Positions 49,701 to 61,189 of a stretch of 64,000 nucleotides of DNA are shown here, one piece after another. The position numbers were made by a program, and so were the translations under genes. Origin of the DNA: Podospora anserina (taxonomy: Eukaryota); assembly GCA_017654855.1 (NCBI GenBank), contig JAFMPO010000001.1:62001-126000 (forward strand), given 5' to 3'. The notes beneath the pieces were generated by a model. The model had not been told where the DNA came from and ran no database searches. It worked only from the letters and a program-made list of their open reading frames with translations. The number at the start of each line of letters is the position of its first letter. Position 1 is the first letter of the stretch.

Positions 49701-52153
49701 CCCTCTGCCGATATCGTGTATCCCCCCCCGAGCATCTGGGACTCCAGCGATCGGTGGACGGGCTGTAGTCCTCCCTGCGTAATTGTCTTCCCGCCATATC
49801 CACTGAGTGCTCCTCACACTGTGACCAGCTGGCCGGCTTTGACAACAACGCTCCTGTCGTCGGCAGAAGGCGGCGGCGGCGTCTTCATCAAGACGACGAC
49901 AATCCCCGTTCCGAGCTTTATCATCTCAGACGTCAGTCTTCACCCCGTGACACTGCAGTCTACCGACACGGCAACCTACAAAATCAACCCTGTCCAAAGC
50001 ATCACCCCGACATCTTTTGTATGGACTCTTCCTCCGAACCACGCGACTTTCCCCGTAGCTTCTCCAACACCAACGACGTCCACAGACACCGATATACCAC
50101 TAGTCATCATCCCCCCCGTCACCTTCCACCCGACTCCTGTCCCCGTCACCATCCAACCCCAGCCAACATATTCGATCGACTACCCTGATCCCCCAATCCC
50201 AGTGAGACCTGTCACGATCAAGCCCAATCCCACCCCTACTCCTCCCGGCTGCACTTCCGGCTGCGGAAAGCGAGACTGTGGCATATTTGGTTGCGGCAAC
50301 GACGGTTGCGGCCTGTTCGGTTGCGGCGGTGGGTGCGGCATCTTCGGCTGCGGTGGTGGTTGTGGCCCCTTCGGCTGCGGTGGCGGATGTAGCCCCCTCG
50401 GATGCACACCCAGCTGCCCCCTTGGACTATGCGGTGGCCCTGGGTGCCTCATTCCAGGTGGCTGCGGAAATACACAAGGTACCAATGGCGGCGACAGCAG
50501 CAATGACTGTGAAGCCACCGTCACTGCTTCGGCGTGCACGCATCTAGTGACGAGCTACAGCGCTTGGTACATGGCTTCGTCCACGACGACGACCGAGGTA
50601 AGTCAATGAAACGCTGAATCCAGGTTACAGGGGGCAGACAGCTAACTTGAGGCAGACCACATGCGTGACGAGCACAGGTTGCAACGGACAGGATACTGTG
50701 GTTAAAACGACGCCTGGCAGCCCGGAGTGCTCGCTGGATTCCGATATCGCGGCAGCCTACTCTGCTGAACGGGCAGCTGACCAGACAATTATTGGCGGGA
50801 AGCAGGTCCCGTTAGCATTCGCACCGACAAATGGGCCGGGCTACGATGGATCGACGTTCACCGCTAAACAATTCGGTTTGACGGAGACTATCACGGTTAT
50901 CAAAACATCGACTGTGACAAACACAGCGACGAAGACAACGACGGTGGTGGTGCCGCCAACCGCAACGGCTGATTGTGGTTACTGGTAAGTCCGTAAAATC
51001 CTTTATCCCCCTAACCGCCTCCAGGCGCAAGAAGCGGGATAGCAGACGGCAAAAGCTGACAACAGCCAGGGTCTCCGATTTCTTTTACATATTCAATGTG
51101 TACAACATTGATGGCTGGAGCACAGATGGCGGCTCGAGGCTGAAATCCGAAGAAAAGGGCTGCGGCGCGCTCACGGGCTGGCAATGGCATGAGCGCACCT
51201 CTACACGGCGCGCAAGGGCCTACTTCCAGCTTCCTTTCTTTATGAAGTCTGGCTGTGTCGAGCGTGCCATCGTGTCCGCTGGCGGCCCCAAGTTGTCCTG
51301 TACCTTCGAAGGCTACGACTTCATCCTGAAGAAACGATCCGAGGAGATGAGTAAAGCATCACTGCCGATGCGCAGACGCCAACTCATCAGCGATACGGCC
51401 AGTCTCCCGAGCCGCACGGAAACCGGCACGCGCACAGAGACCAGCATGCGCACAGAGACTGCTGGCCTATACACGCCCGAGCCGTGGGGCCCAGGCTTAA
51501 CAGAGACGTTCATGACTACCATGGACGAGATCTCGAAGTCAACGTATACCACGGAGATCGTGTTGGCTTCAAATGAAGTGACGATGACGGGCACCACGTC
51601 TGGCACCGTGTCTGACACCACGACGTCAACCACCAGCTCCACCGTCCCAACTAGCACATCGAATCTCTCCACTGATGGCCTCTGTGGTGCTGCTAATGGC
51701 GGAACAATCTGCCTCGGCACGGCCTTCGGCGACTGCTGCTCCGAGTACGGATACTGTGGTGATACGAGCGGGCACTGCGGTTCGGGATGCCAAAGCGACT
51801 TCGGCATCTGTGATGCTATTACCGGCCCACCTGTATCGACGGACGGCACGTGCAGCTCCCTCAGCACCCCCGGAGGCGCGACATGCGCTGGTTCGGCGTT
51901 CGGCGACTGCTGCTCTGCGAGCGGCTACTGCGGAGCCACGGCTGCGTATTGCGGGACAGGGTGTCAGGCGGATTTCGGGATGTGTTCCTCGAGCGGCCCG
52001 CCAGTGTCAACGGATGGGCTCTGTGGTCAACCCAGCGGCACGACGTGCGAGGGCTCGGCATTTGGCGACTGTTGCTCTGAGTATGGGTTTTGCGGGGCCA
52101 CGAATGCGTATTGTGGGACGGGATGCCAGGCAGCATTTGGGACCTGTGCCTAA
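46706..52153 (+). CDS. Killer-toxin-alpha-like (subgroup C) GH18 chitinase: 2 LysM + CBM18 + GH18 + Gly/Cys repeats + unnamed domain + 3 CBM18; 6 introns, ~1,700 aa
   Basis: LysM (VSSGDTC, VVPGESC), CPLNACC|NKHGQCG, LSLGGW, DGIDIDWE|YP, MTYDLHG, WAID, and three terminal CCSxxGxCG hevein repeats; all junctions are in-frame GT..AG. Confidence 0.92.
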
Positions 52154-52289
52154 GAAGCGTGTGAGTCGTGCTGGTGAGATGGATTTATATGGTTAGCATA
52201 TTATGCATCTATTTGAATGCAATCTTAAACAAGTCATTCCATCGCCCGTGCTCGCAGTCGATCTGAACTTACGTATAAACCCATGTATG

Positions 52290-53684
52290 CTACTCCCTGG
52301 GACCCAGCTCAAAATCAAACTCCTTCAAAAGCGGCGACACTTTCCATCTCGCAAAGAGCTGCCCATTCTCCACCAAGATCCGCCGTAGGACTTGCCCCCT
52401 TGCCTCCACACCAGGCCACACACCCTGCCATACCTTCACATACGGCTCTACGACCAGTAAAACCTCTGTCAGCCATTTTCCTGCTCTATCCTCGCCAATC
52501 CTTCCCGTCTCCACCATCCTCCTTTCCATTTCCTTCAGTAAAACCTCCCTCTCCACCTCGTCCACAACCGCTGCCCGCATCACCCCCAAAACCGCATGTG
52601 ACCGTGTCGCAAAATCCAACCCCTCCGTCTCCAATCCAGCCGTCTCCTCCACAGCAACAGCAGCCAAAAACTCTACCTCCTCCTCACTCCCTACCTCCCC
52701 ATCCCACCCCCTCCACCACGCCTGCATCCCCACCCCTCCATCCGGCTCTCCACACCACTCCACACCGCTCTCCCATGCCCCATCCAAATCCAAATCCGGC
52801 TTTGCAACCTCCCCCAGAACTGCACTCGCCTCCCACAGCCGCGCCGAGTACCGTGCCTCCCACGCTAAGACATCAACCCCGCCCTGTGCGATCAGCACGC
52901 CGAAATTGTTCGGCCTCCACGCCTCCTTGGCGGTGCCCGCACCAGATGATTCGGATGAACCGAGCTTCATGTGCTCGAGCCAAAAGCGCGCCTGCGTTTC
53001 CGAATAGGGCTTCACACTGGGGTAGGTCGCACGCAGGCGCGAAGTTGTTGCTTCGAGTGTGCGGAGGGCCAAGCGAGTAATCGTTTCTAGGGGGAGGGAA
53101 GGCTGTCTGCGGCTTGTACGTGTGACGTTGTGGGCCCAGCGGGGGAGTTTTGTGGCGTGTGTGCCGGCAGCGGAAGGGAGATTCTGGCGCGGTTGCGCGA
53201 GCGGTGAGGAAGAATCGGGCAGGTCTTGGAGGTTGGGCAAGCGGTAGAAACGTGCTGTTGTAGGGTGCGTGAGGAACGCGGGGGAGTAGTAGGCGCGCCA
53301 TGCTTCCGGGTTCAGGAGGGCGGCGTGCGCGGCGTAGAAGCTGGGGAAGTCGGAGGGAGAAGGGAAGTCGCCAGTGAGTTGGTCAGAGGAGCGGTAAATG
53401 GCTGCGGCGAGCTGTGCAAGGTAGAACACATCCAAGGTGCTTCGTGACTTTTGTCAGTTCGTTTATTCTGCTTCTTCTTGCTTGTAAACTTACCGATTGA
53501 ACCTTAACTCCCCCTTGCCAAAAGACCATCCGCGTGCGTGCAGCTTCTCCACGACATCGAACACACCATTGCCGTCCCACAGTCCCTCGTCCAAGTACAT
53601 AAACGCTATTTGCAACACCTGATCGTGGCAGTCAACAGCCACCGCGCCGCTCTCGGCGTCCGCGAGGAATTCTTCGGCGCTCAT
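52290..53684 (-). CDS. Hypothetical intracellular protein (~440 aa); 1 intron
   Basis: Exon 1 MSAEEF..RFNR joins TLDVFYLAQL..YYSP..LPNLQDLP through a GTAAGT..AAG intron; long ORF. Confidence 0.8.
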
Positions 53685-53985
53685 GGCTAAAACCCTAAGA
53701 ACCCTTGATTACCTAAACAATGCGGTAAGATAATCGGATATGACTTCGCGTTACTTGGGTACCGGAGAGAGAGCGTGAGCGTGTGTGGGAGTTTGCTGGT
53801 TTCTCTTTTGCATGTGGTGTCACAGTGCTGACTGGCGACTTGAGTGGTTATAGTTCTTGTTGTCATTGCGCGAAGTGGAGATGGGGAATTGAGCGAAGTT
53901 CCAAATGTGCTGAGTGGGATGGTCAAAGCGCTAGCGCTATGCTTATCGTAACGGAGGCCAATGTACGATAAAGAGATAAGAGATA

Positions 53986-54542
53986 ACGTGCGTGATAAGC
54001 GAGTGACACAGATAAGCGAGTGACACACTTCCCCCCACAACACAACACCTCCACCTTCAACATCACTTTCTTCTACAACACAATATGACCTCACCATCAA
54101 AAGAAGGCAGGCTTATTATGGCCCTTCAAGCTCGCGAAAAAAAAAAGATCTAAGTTTACAAGCTGCAGCTAACGTCTATAATGTTGCTTTCAAAACCTTT
54201 GCGCGCCGACGCGCCAGTACACCTGCACGACGCGATATTCCAGCCAATTCGCGCAAGCTTACGGATCTACAGGAAAAAACGATTGTTCAATATATAATTG
54301 AGCTATGCGCACGCGCATTTCATCCCCGGCTTTCGTATGTGGAAGATATGGCCAGTCGATTACTACGCGAACGCGACGCGTTTCCTGTTGGCGTATGATG
54401 GGCTCACAACTTCGTCAAACGCCAGCCAGAACTTCGGACGTGTTTTACGCGTAAATATAACTACCAGAGAGCCAAATGCGAGGATCCAAAGGTTATTGGC
54501 GAGTGGTTTACCCTCGTACGGAACACCAAGGCTAAGTACGGT
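53986..54542 (+). mobile_element. Truncated Fot1/pogo-like DNA transposon (left TIR plus degenerate transposase N-terminus)
   Basis: TA followed by ACGTGCGTGATAAGCGAGTGACACA with an internal direct repeat. From 54085: AANVYNV..ANSRKLT..VEDMA..VGV*WAHNFVKR..RAKCEDP..WF (HTH-psq/CENP-B), with a frameshift and a stop. Confidence 0.9.
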
Positions 54543-54689
54543 TATGACGAACCCCTGTACAGAACCTCTGAAAGGGACACCAGTTGAAGGCAACTTCTGA
54601 CAATTGGTTCGGTGCAGCTAAAGAGTGCACCACAAAATGTCTCAATGTAATCAAAAGATACCGTAAATACAACTATTGAATTGCATACT
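54543..54689 (-). mobile_element. Partial crapaud-like LTR
   Basis: TATGAC start (RIP-type variant of TGTGAC) plus the shared LTR 3' half; interrupted by the next LTR. Confidence 0.8.
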
Positions 54690-55030
54690 TGTGACGCACC
54701 CCTATCCAGAACCTCTGAAAGGGATACTGGTTGAAGGCACTTCTGAACAATCCTGGTTCGGTACAGCTAAACGGTGTACAACAAATGGCTTGTCTCAATC
54801 ACAACAGTCTAGATACAAACGATTGTGACTTGAATTGCATACTGCGAAACTATCTATTTACAGTAGCCAGTTCCTCCGTATATATAGACCTTGGGACCGT
54901 GGACCGTTGCCTTACAGACGGTCCTCGGTTCACCTATGATTGGCCGATACTGGACCGTGAGCCCCGCTCAACCGCCCGGTCCAGTCCTGATTGGTTCCCT
55001 GTGGCCCCACTGTCTTCCAGAATCGTGACA
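54690..55030 (-). mobile_element. Solo crapaud-like LTR
   Basis: TGTGAC..GTGACA termini and the shared 3' half; flanks atact/ttgca do not match. Confidence 0.85.
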
Positions 55031-55341
55031 TTGCATTGATTTTCTACCTTTGGTAGCGGTGTACAAGTATCTTTTCGGCTCGGTATGCGAGCATGTAATA
55101 ACAAAAGCGTGATGATCATCTACTCTCGATGGATTTCGTTGACCAATGGTATGGTTAGCGGCGCAGTTGTGATCTCTCGTGGTCTGGGCCTTGGGCATTA
55201 TGATTGATTGGTTCACGTTTCAGCTGCTCTCCTGTCACTCAGCCTCACCCGCACCCCTCGAAGTCCGATGGATTCGACACTCCACATTCCTCAGTCATGA
55301 GTACACTAACTGCTTAAATTCTTCAACAACGGTATGCCGCT

Positions 55342-57519
55342 ATGGCTTCGGAAAATGCTGACGAGACGACAATAGGCATTGCAGCTCTGGTAGCTGCCGT
55401 TGCCGCCCTTCTCTTCGCTGTCGTCCAGACCTTCGCTGCGCTGGCGCAATATGTTTCGGTCAGCAGTCGATGTAGCAGGCGCGTAACGGGCGTCTTCGAT
55501 CTCACAGCGGGCTTCTGGTTCCATCTATCGTCACTGTCATGGAACCCCCAATACCGAATGCCGGTCTTCACCTTGCCGGGGTTGCGCGGTGAGTCCGTGG
55601 TTACCATGGAACGATACCCCCTACAAACAGGATTTAGACCCGGAAAGAACTACGATAGAGGCCGAAATGGATACGTCGACTATGGAGTTCTCAGGGTGGT
55701 ATCTGGAACCAATGACTCGAAAGTCCATAAAGAAATCAGTATTTTACCTACGGTGCTCCGCAGCATCTTTGCCATGGCATGGACTCCGATCGGCCTTGCT
55801 CTCTCCTCTCTCACCACCATCTTCTGTTTCCCACCGGCTTGGGTATGCAGTTGTGCGTGTACAGGCGCGGGCTGTTGCGGCTTGCGTGATCAGGAGGATG
55901 ATGATGTCAAACACAGAAGAAATCAAAAAACGTCCAGAGACATTTGCCTAGACATGCTCAAACCACTCACCTTTGCATGGGAATGGGCCATCAGATACAA
56001 GTCAGACACAACAGTTTCCAACCACGGGAGCTCGCCCGGGCTCGAAGCCGCCGCATGGTCCCAGTTCCTTGTCAACTACCAGGCTGCTTGGTGGGGGTAC
56101 GCCAACATCCGCTGGGAGTGGCGACTGGCGACCATGATCCCCTCGGACATCTACGGTGCGACCATTGAGACGACTATGGCCGATGTAAGATTGTTGGCAG
56201 CACTCGCAGGAATGTCATGCTCAAGCTCCCCAGGGGTGGTAGCAAGAACCAAATGCGGGGAGATGCTCACGCGATCTCAGCACATGACGCTCGGGACGGT
56301 GGTGTACTATCGATCAGGAAGGGAGAATATCGCGCCAAAGATTACGAGGGGAGTTCCGGTCAGAAGTTCGAGGTGGCTACACTGCCAACTTGAGGTCCAG
56401 GCGCATCTCAAAAAGTCCCGCTTGTTGTTGTCCAGTTCCGGGGAAGACAAGCAACACAGAATTACTACTTTGCTGTCTCGGCCACGAACAGAATATGACG
56501 CCCAACTGGATCTTTCCTTGGGTAACAACCTCGGCTTCATCTTTGAAACCGAGACGTTCCGAGCTCTCTCCAGCGGTCTCCATGCCACAGATGATTCAGG
56601 GTGGAAAACCGAAACGATCCGCATCTTCCTCGGCCCCCTGGGTCAAGGCTTGGCGTCTTGCTCTTGCCTAACCTGCTGTACTGACTGGGTGCTCTCGCAC
56701 CCTGCCTACGACGTCGAGTCCACTGCTTCCGACGGTCACATCACCACGCTGTTTAGCTATCCCTGGGTGTACGAGTACGACACTGGTCCACCGCCAGCTC
56801 TGTCACTGCAGGCAGAGTTCAAAACATACCGCCCTGTCGTATCTGGATTCCGGCCGGCTCATGAGATACTCACCTCGACTCACTGGAGCCGTAAGCCGGG
56901 AGCGAAGTTAATTAAAGAGAGTAGGATTGTTGGCCCTGTCGGGTGTTACACTACAGTGACGAATGCTGCCCAGGGACGGGCTAAGATTCGGGGGAAGTTG
57001 AAGCCAGAATTGGAGATCCAGGCGCGGAGGGTGTGTGTGGACTTTACGCTGTATCCTGGCGCGTCGCCGAAAAGGATGTGTACGGCTGATGTCTGTAAAT
57101 GTATGGGGGGGCCAGCGAGGATTGCTAGGCCTGTGCGGGTGACGGGGACGGAGAAGCATTCGTTTGAGGAGGCGATGGCTGTTGCGGCGATTAATAATGA
57201 TTTTCTTTCTAGGATTGATCAAGCGGTGCTGAGGAGGGCGGCGGAGGAGGTGGCGGGGTGGATATGTCAGGAGGACCAGCAGAGTCAGAAGTTGAGGAGG
57301 GAGGTGACGGTTTGCTTGGGGCGGGCGTGGGAGGATGTGGTTGGACAGGGGGAGGTTAGTGAGGGGAGTTTGGAGCTGGTGAAGGTCGTGATGGCGGCTA
57401 CGGAGATGATGTTGAGAGTGGTGAGGAGGGGGATTGGGATGGAGGATATGTGGGCGGGGAGTGAGGAGGGAGGGCAGATCTGGGAGGATGATTTTGGGGG
57501 TGTTGTTTTGGGTTCTTGA
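55342..57519 (+). CDS. Hypothetical membrane protein (725 aa), possibly a distant modin/MOD-A-like family member
   Basis: Intronless ORF; N-terminal TM (IAALVAAVAALLFAVVQ..QY) followed by C..V.G..PVF, and later P.DI...TT...L..LA..AG. Confidence 0.75.
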   Translation: MASENADETTIGIAALVAAVAALLFAVVQTFAALAQYVSVSSRCSRRVTGVFDLTAGFWFHLSSLSWNPQYRMPVFTLPGLRGESVVTMERYPLQTGFRPGKNYDRGRNGYVDYGVLRVVSGTNDSKVHKEISILPTVLRSIFAMAWTPIGLALSSLTTIFCFPPAWVCSCACTGAGCCGLRDQEDDDVKHRRNQKTSRDICLDMLKPLTFAWEWAIRYKSDTTVSNHGSSPGLEAAAWSQFLVNYQAAWWGYANIRWEWRLATMIPSDIYGATIETTMADVRLLAALAGMSCSSSPGVVARTKCGEMLTRSQHMTLGTVVYYRSGRENIAPKITRGVPVRSSRWLHCQLEVQAHLKKSRLLLSSSGEDKQHRITTLLSRPRTEYDAQLDLSLGNNLGFIFETETFRALSSGLHATDDSGWKTETIRIFLGPLGQGLASCSCLTCCTDWVLSHPAYDVESTASDGHITTLFSYPWVYEYDTGPPPALSLQAEFKTYRPVVSGFRPAHEILTSTHWSRKPGAKLIKESRIVGPVGCYTTVTNAAQGRAKIRGKLKPELEIQARRVCVDFTLYPGASPKRMCTADVCKCMGGPARIARPVRVTGTEKHSFEEAMAVAAINNDFLSRIDQAVLRRAAEEVAGWICQEDQQSQKLRREVTVCLGRAWEDVVGQGEVSEGSLELVKVVMAATEMMLRVVRRGIGMEDMWAGSEEGGQIWEDDFGGVVLGS

Positions 57520-58585
57520 TCTTCATGTGCCAGTTTCGATAGTTGTATGGTTATGGGGCATATAGCCAGGTGAATGGAGAACTGAAGCGCTTGCTTGTTG
57601 TGCTATATGTCCTGTGGCCCAACAAAGTGACAACATCACTGCGCCGTGTACGTTTTGTTGGCGTCGACGCGACGAGGAGCATCCACTACTCTCATTTGAC
57701 CCACGCCCCGGACAACACCACCCCCACAACCCAGCAACCGTCCCTTTATAAGTGGGCATTTCCAGGAGCCCATTTTCCCTGGTTAGGAGAGCATGGTTAA
57801 CCGGTTAGTGTGTCACTTCCACTTTAAATGTGATCCTCTTGACGAGGGTATCATATAACATATGTTGCCCTCCTCAATCCCCCTTATTTGTCCGGCTTCA
57901 TTGCGAGTTGTCCATTGACTCCCGATCCGCCTGACGAATAAGTGAGATTAGGGAAGGTAATGAACGCGAAATGATGCCTTCCATGGGGGTGCCCAGCCTG
58001 TACCATTGATGCCAGGACGATCTTTTTGTTTTGCTAACTTTTTGATACAAAGTTTTGGTGCAGGCAAGAATTGAACACTGGGAGTGTCCACTAAACCGAA
58101 GACCCAGGAGGGCTCGTGATGTACCTACCATAAAAATCGACAAAACAGTGTTCTCGATCGTCGAGCATTCACCACGTCCAGTTGAGCCACGTTCTCCGAG
58201 GTATGTATGGCTCCGTCTGATAATCGATCATTGATTAAGACCAATACTGCGAGAATGTAGCGGGAAGGGAATCATACCTCGCAGGTAGGCGCCTAGCTAT
58301 ATTCCCTTTCGAGAATCCTTGATTCCATTGGGATTCTAACAGGAACCAGCCACTTACCGATTTCTATTACTATAAAGTATCGTTTTGTGACGGCTCCTGC
58401 AGTCCTTGGTCTGCAGCCATCATCTTCCACCTGTCAGGCGTGGGTCACATGACCTACCATTCACTTGTCCCACTTGCCCCACCTTCCAGTGGTAGTATTT
58501 AGTCTAGCTTGCAGGACCACACCTCTTGGTTCCTGCAACCTACCTTTGTAACAAAAAGGTCTTCCTAAACTTGCTACGTGCCAGT

Positions 58586-59093
58586 TGTTACAACCTGCAC
58601 CGAGAGTGGATACAGACTGCAAGGCAGTACGCCAGAGGTGAATGTGACAGGATGATCGAAGGTTGTGGCAAGCGTCTCAGACAAGGGGTTCACTGTCAAC
58701 AACAGGTCGTTCTAACAAAGAGCTACGGAGAGAAGATTGTAGACAAATGAACTTGATTGCTTGCGTGAGAAATCAGATTCCTCGACACGGGGAGCGCCCA
58801 GCGCTCCCCCCTATTTATGTGAAGCTATCTACATATGTTTCTGAAGTATCTTTGTACCTTGCTCAGTGTGCTCAGTGGTCTTGGCCCCTGATCAGACTGA
58901 GCAACCTTTCGTGATCGATGTGCTCAGTGTGCTCAGTGGTCTTGGCCCCTGATCAGACTGAGCACCTCCTGATTGGTCACATGGGGACTTGTGGGTCTTT
59001 CCATCTCTGGCCCAATGATTGGCTGAGGTGTCCCAGCACCTCGGGAACCATCCATTTGTTCCTACACAGGGTTATTACGCTTGGGGCGTAACA
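58586..59093. mobile_element. Solo LTR of a second family (508 bp)
   Basis: TGTTAC..GTAACA perfect inverted termini, CCAAT/ATTGG boxes, internal 44-bp duplication; no TSD match. Confidence 0.7.
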
Positions 59094-59708
59094 GTACAAG
59101 AATGATACCATCCAGACTGGGTTTCAGACGACGTAATTTGGGGGAGCGAAGTCACCTCCACACAGCTTGTGCGACAGGACGTCAACACGGTCATTAAGCC
59201 TATATGTTATCATTATGCAGAGGAGCGGAACCCGTGCACGAGACGGTCGTGCGTCATCGCAGGATTCCACGATGATGTCGAAACATATCGTTGGGCCGCC
59301 GAAGTTGGCAGATCTGTTAGATTCATTCAGGGATGGTGTACCGATACTGGGTATGTTGTTGACTACTGTACGAACTGTATTTCAACGCCTTGACCGCTAA
59401 TTCTGTAACAGAAAGGAGTTTATGGAGCATTGGGCGCGAGCTTCTCGGGTGGCAGTGGCACCTCAAGCAACCTCAGAGCCTCGCGTTAAAGGTCTAGCGA
59501 TAGATTCAGGACGAAATCTTGAGATAAGATTGGAACTTTCTGAAAGCGAAAGAAATTGTCTCTCAAACAAAGTCCTGATGCTACTATCTGGACAAAAAGA
59601 GTGGAAGAGAAAAATATGGAATGTAACTAGCTGCAACCTCTCCAACGCACCTCGTAGCTAACAACAGACGTCTCAACAAAAAAGTCTTCCTAACTGTACC
59701 TCGTTAAT

Positions 59709-60134
59709 CTAAACATCCTGCTTCCCAGTATCGGCTTCACCACCCTCCCCAGCAGTATCAAACAACATGTCCTCAGACTGATCCCAGGGCTTTCCTGCAA
59801 TAATCACCTTGCCTTCCTCAATGTTCGAGGTGTCCTCACATCTAAGTGTAGGCTGCACGTCATCCACGGCATCCTTTCCGTCTCCCTCAGTGTCAAAAAG
59901 AGTGGTCTCAGTCTTGCGCCACGGCCTGCCGGCAATGATCACCTCTCCCTCCTTAGCAGGAGGTTCCGGGCAGATGAGTTCAGCTCCCTCCGATGTAGAG
60001 GAATCCTGTTGACCACCCTCGGTGTCGAAAAGGGTAGTCTCAGTCTTGCGCCACGGCCTGCCAGCAATGATGACCTCTCCCTCCTTTGCAGGGGGCTCAG
60101 GGCAGATGAGAGTAGGCTCGTTGGTGTCAGACAT
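59709..60134 (-). CDS. Acidic 141-aa protein with three 44-aa repeats
   Basis: caccATG start; repeats 1 and 2 are identical over 32 aa with only synonymous DNA differences. Confidence 0.85.
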   Translation of the reverse strand: MSDTNEPTLICPEPPAKEGEVIIAGRPWRKTETTLFDTEGGQQDSSTSEGAELICPEPPAKEGEVIIAGRPWRKTETTLFDTEGDGKDAVDDVQPTLRCEDTSNIEEGKVIIAGKPWDQSEDMLFDTAGEGGEADTGKQDV

Positions 60135-61189
60135 GGTGCTTGAGGAAGAAGTCTTTCAAACAAGCGAGGTTAGCTGGTTGGCTGGTCAAGTTTCCGAGAC
60201 GAGAAACTCTCACCTTGAGTTGGGAGGTAGACGAATAGGAATGGGTTTTTGTGATAGGATGCTTTCAATCCTGGGATGTTGAATGAGAGGAGAGGTGAAG
60301 ATTGACCTGACGCCCATCGACCCTGTGCTGGTATTTATGCTCAAATTCTCACCATATCCAGAGTTTTCCAACTGCCGCTGTACCGCTTGCCATGATTCCT
60401 CACAGATACATCTGACAGTTTGGGATATTCCGAAGTTGTAAGTGAGATCGTGTGGCTGGCTGGCATCGCCGTTCAATCCTTCACGCTAGAGCTGCAAAGC
60501 AACCTTGACTAGCCCACTACACACCAATCATGCGTTAACCTCAGCCCCTTTACCTCGATGCCCGCTAGTGACGGTAGTTCAGCTCCCAATATTTGATATA
60601 GCTAACCTTCTTCAGCGAAAAGAACTCAGAGCATAACCGAGATGCGAGAGCTACAGTTTGTTCCATCACACACATTCGTGCGTGTGGTATCTTGCGCTAC
60701 GCTATCTCCGGCGCTCCACCCACAGCTTGCGCTACCATGCAGTATCATTACCGTCGCTTTGCCCGAGTTCTATTCTTTTTCTGGATGTGCGCGTACGTAA
60801 AAGGTAGTGAGTGATAAGGCTGCTCAAGACAGCTGAAGAATGCATGTGACGGGAATCTTCAGGCGCTTAATGGGCCCATATGACGAAACAATAGACCACC
60901 GGTTTCAGCATCATGGAACTTGGAGGTGGAAATTGGGCACTGTCGCTGGTAGAGGCTTCGATCCATCCGATACGCCTGGCAATGAAACTGGCAGCTTGAC
61001 AATCAGGTACCTACTTTGGCAGCATGGGACGCTGTGTGATGTCAATCTTTGAGTACTGGTATCTAAGCGAGACACCGAATACACACATTTGACAAGCCAT
61101 GTTCAAAAATTCCAATCCAAGGATGTCAAAAAAAAAATTCAATTGTTGCCAAACTATTAGATCAAAGAACATCTATCTCGCGCCATGAT

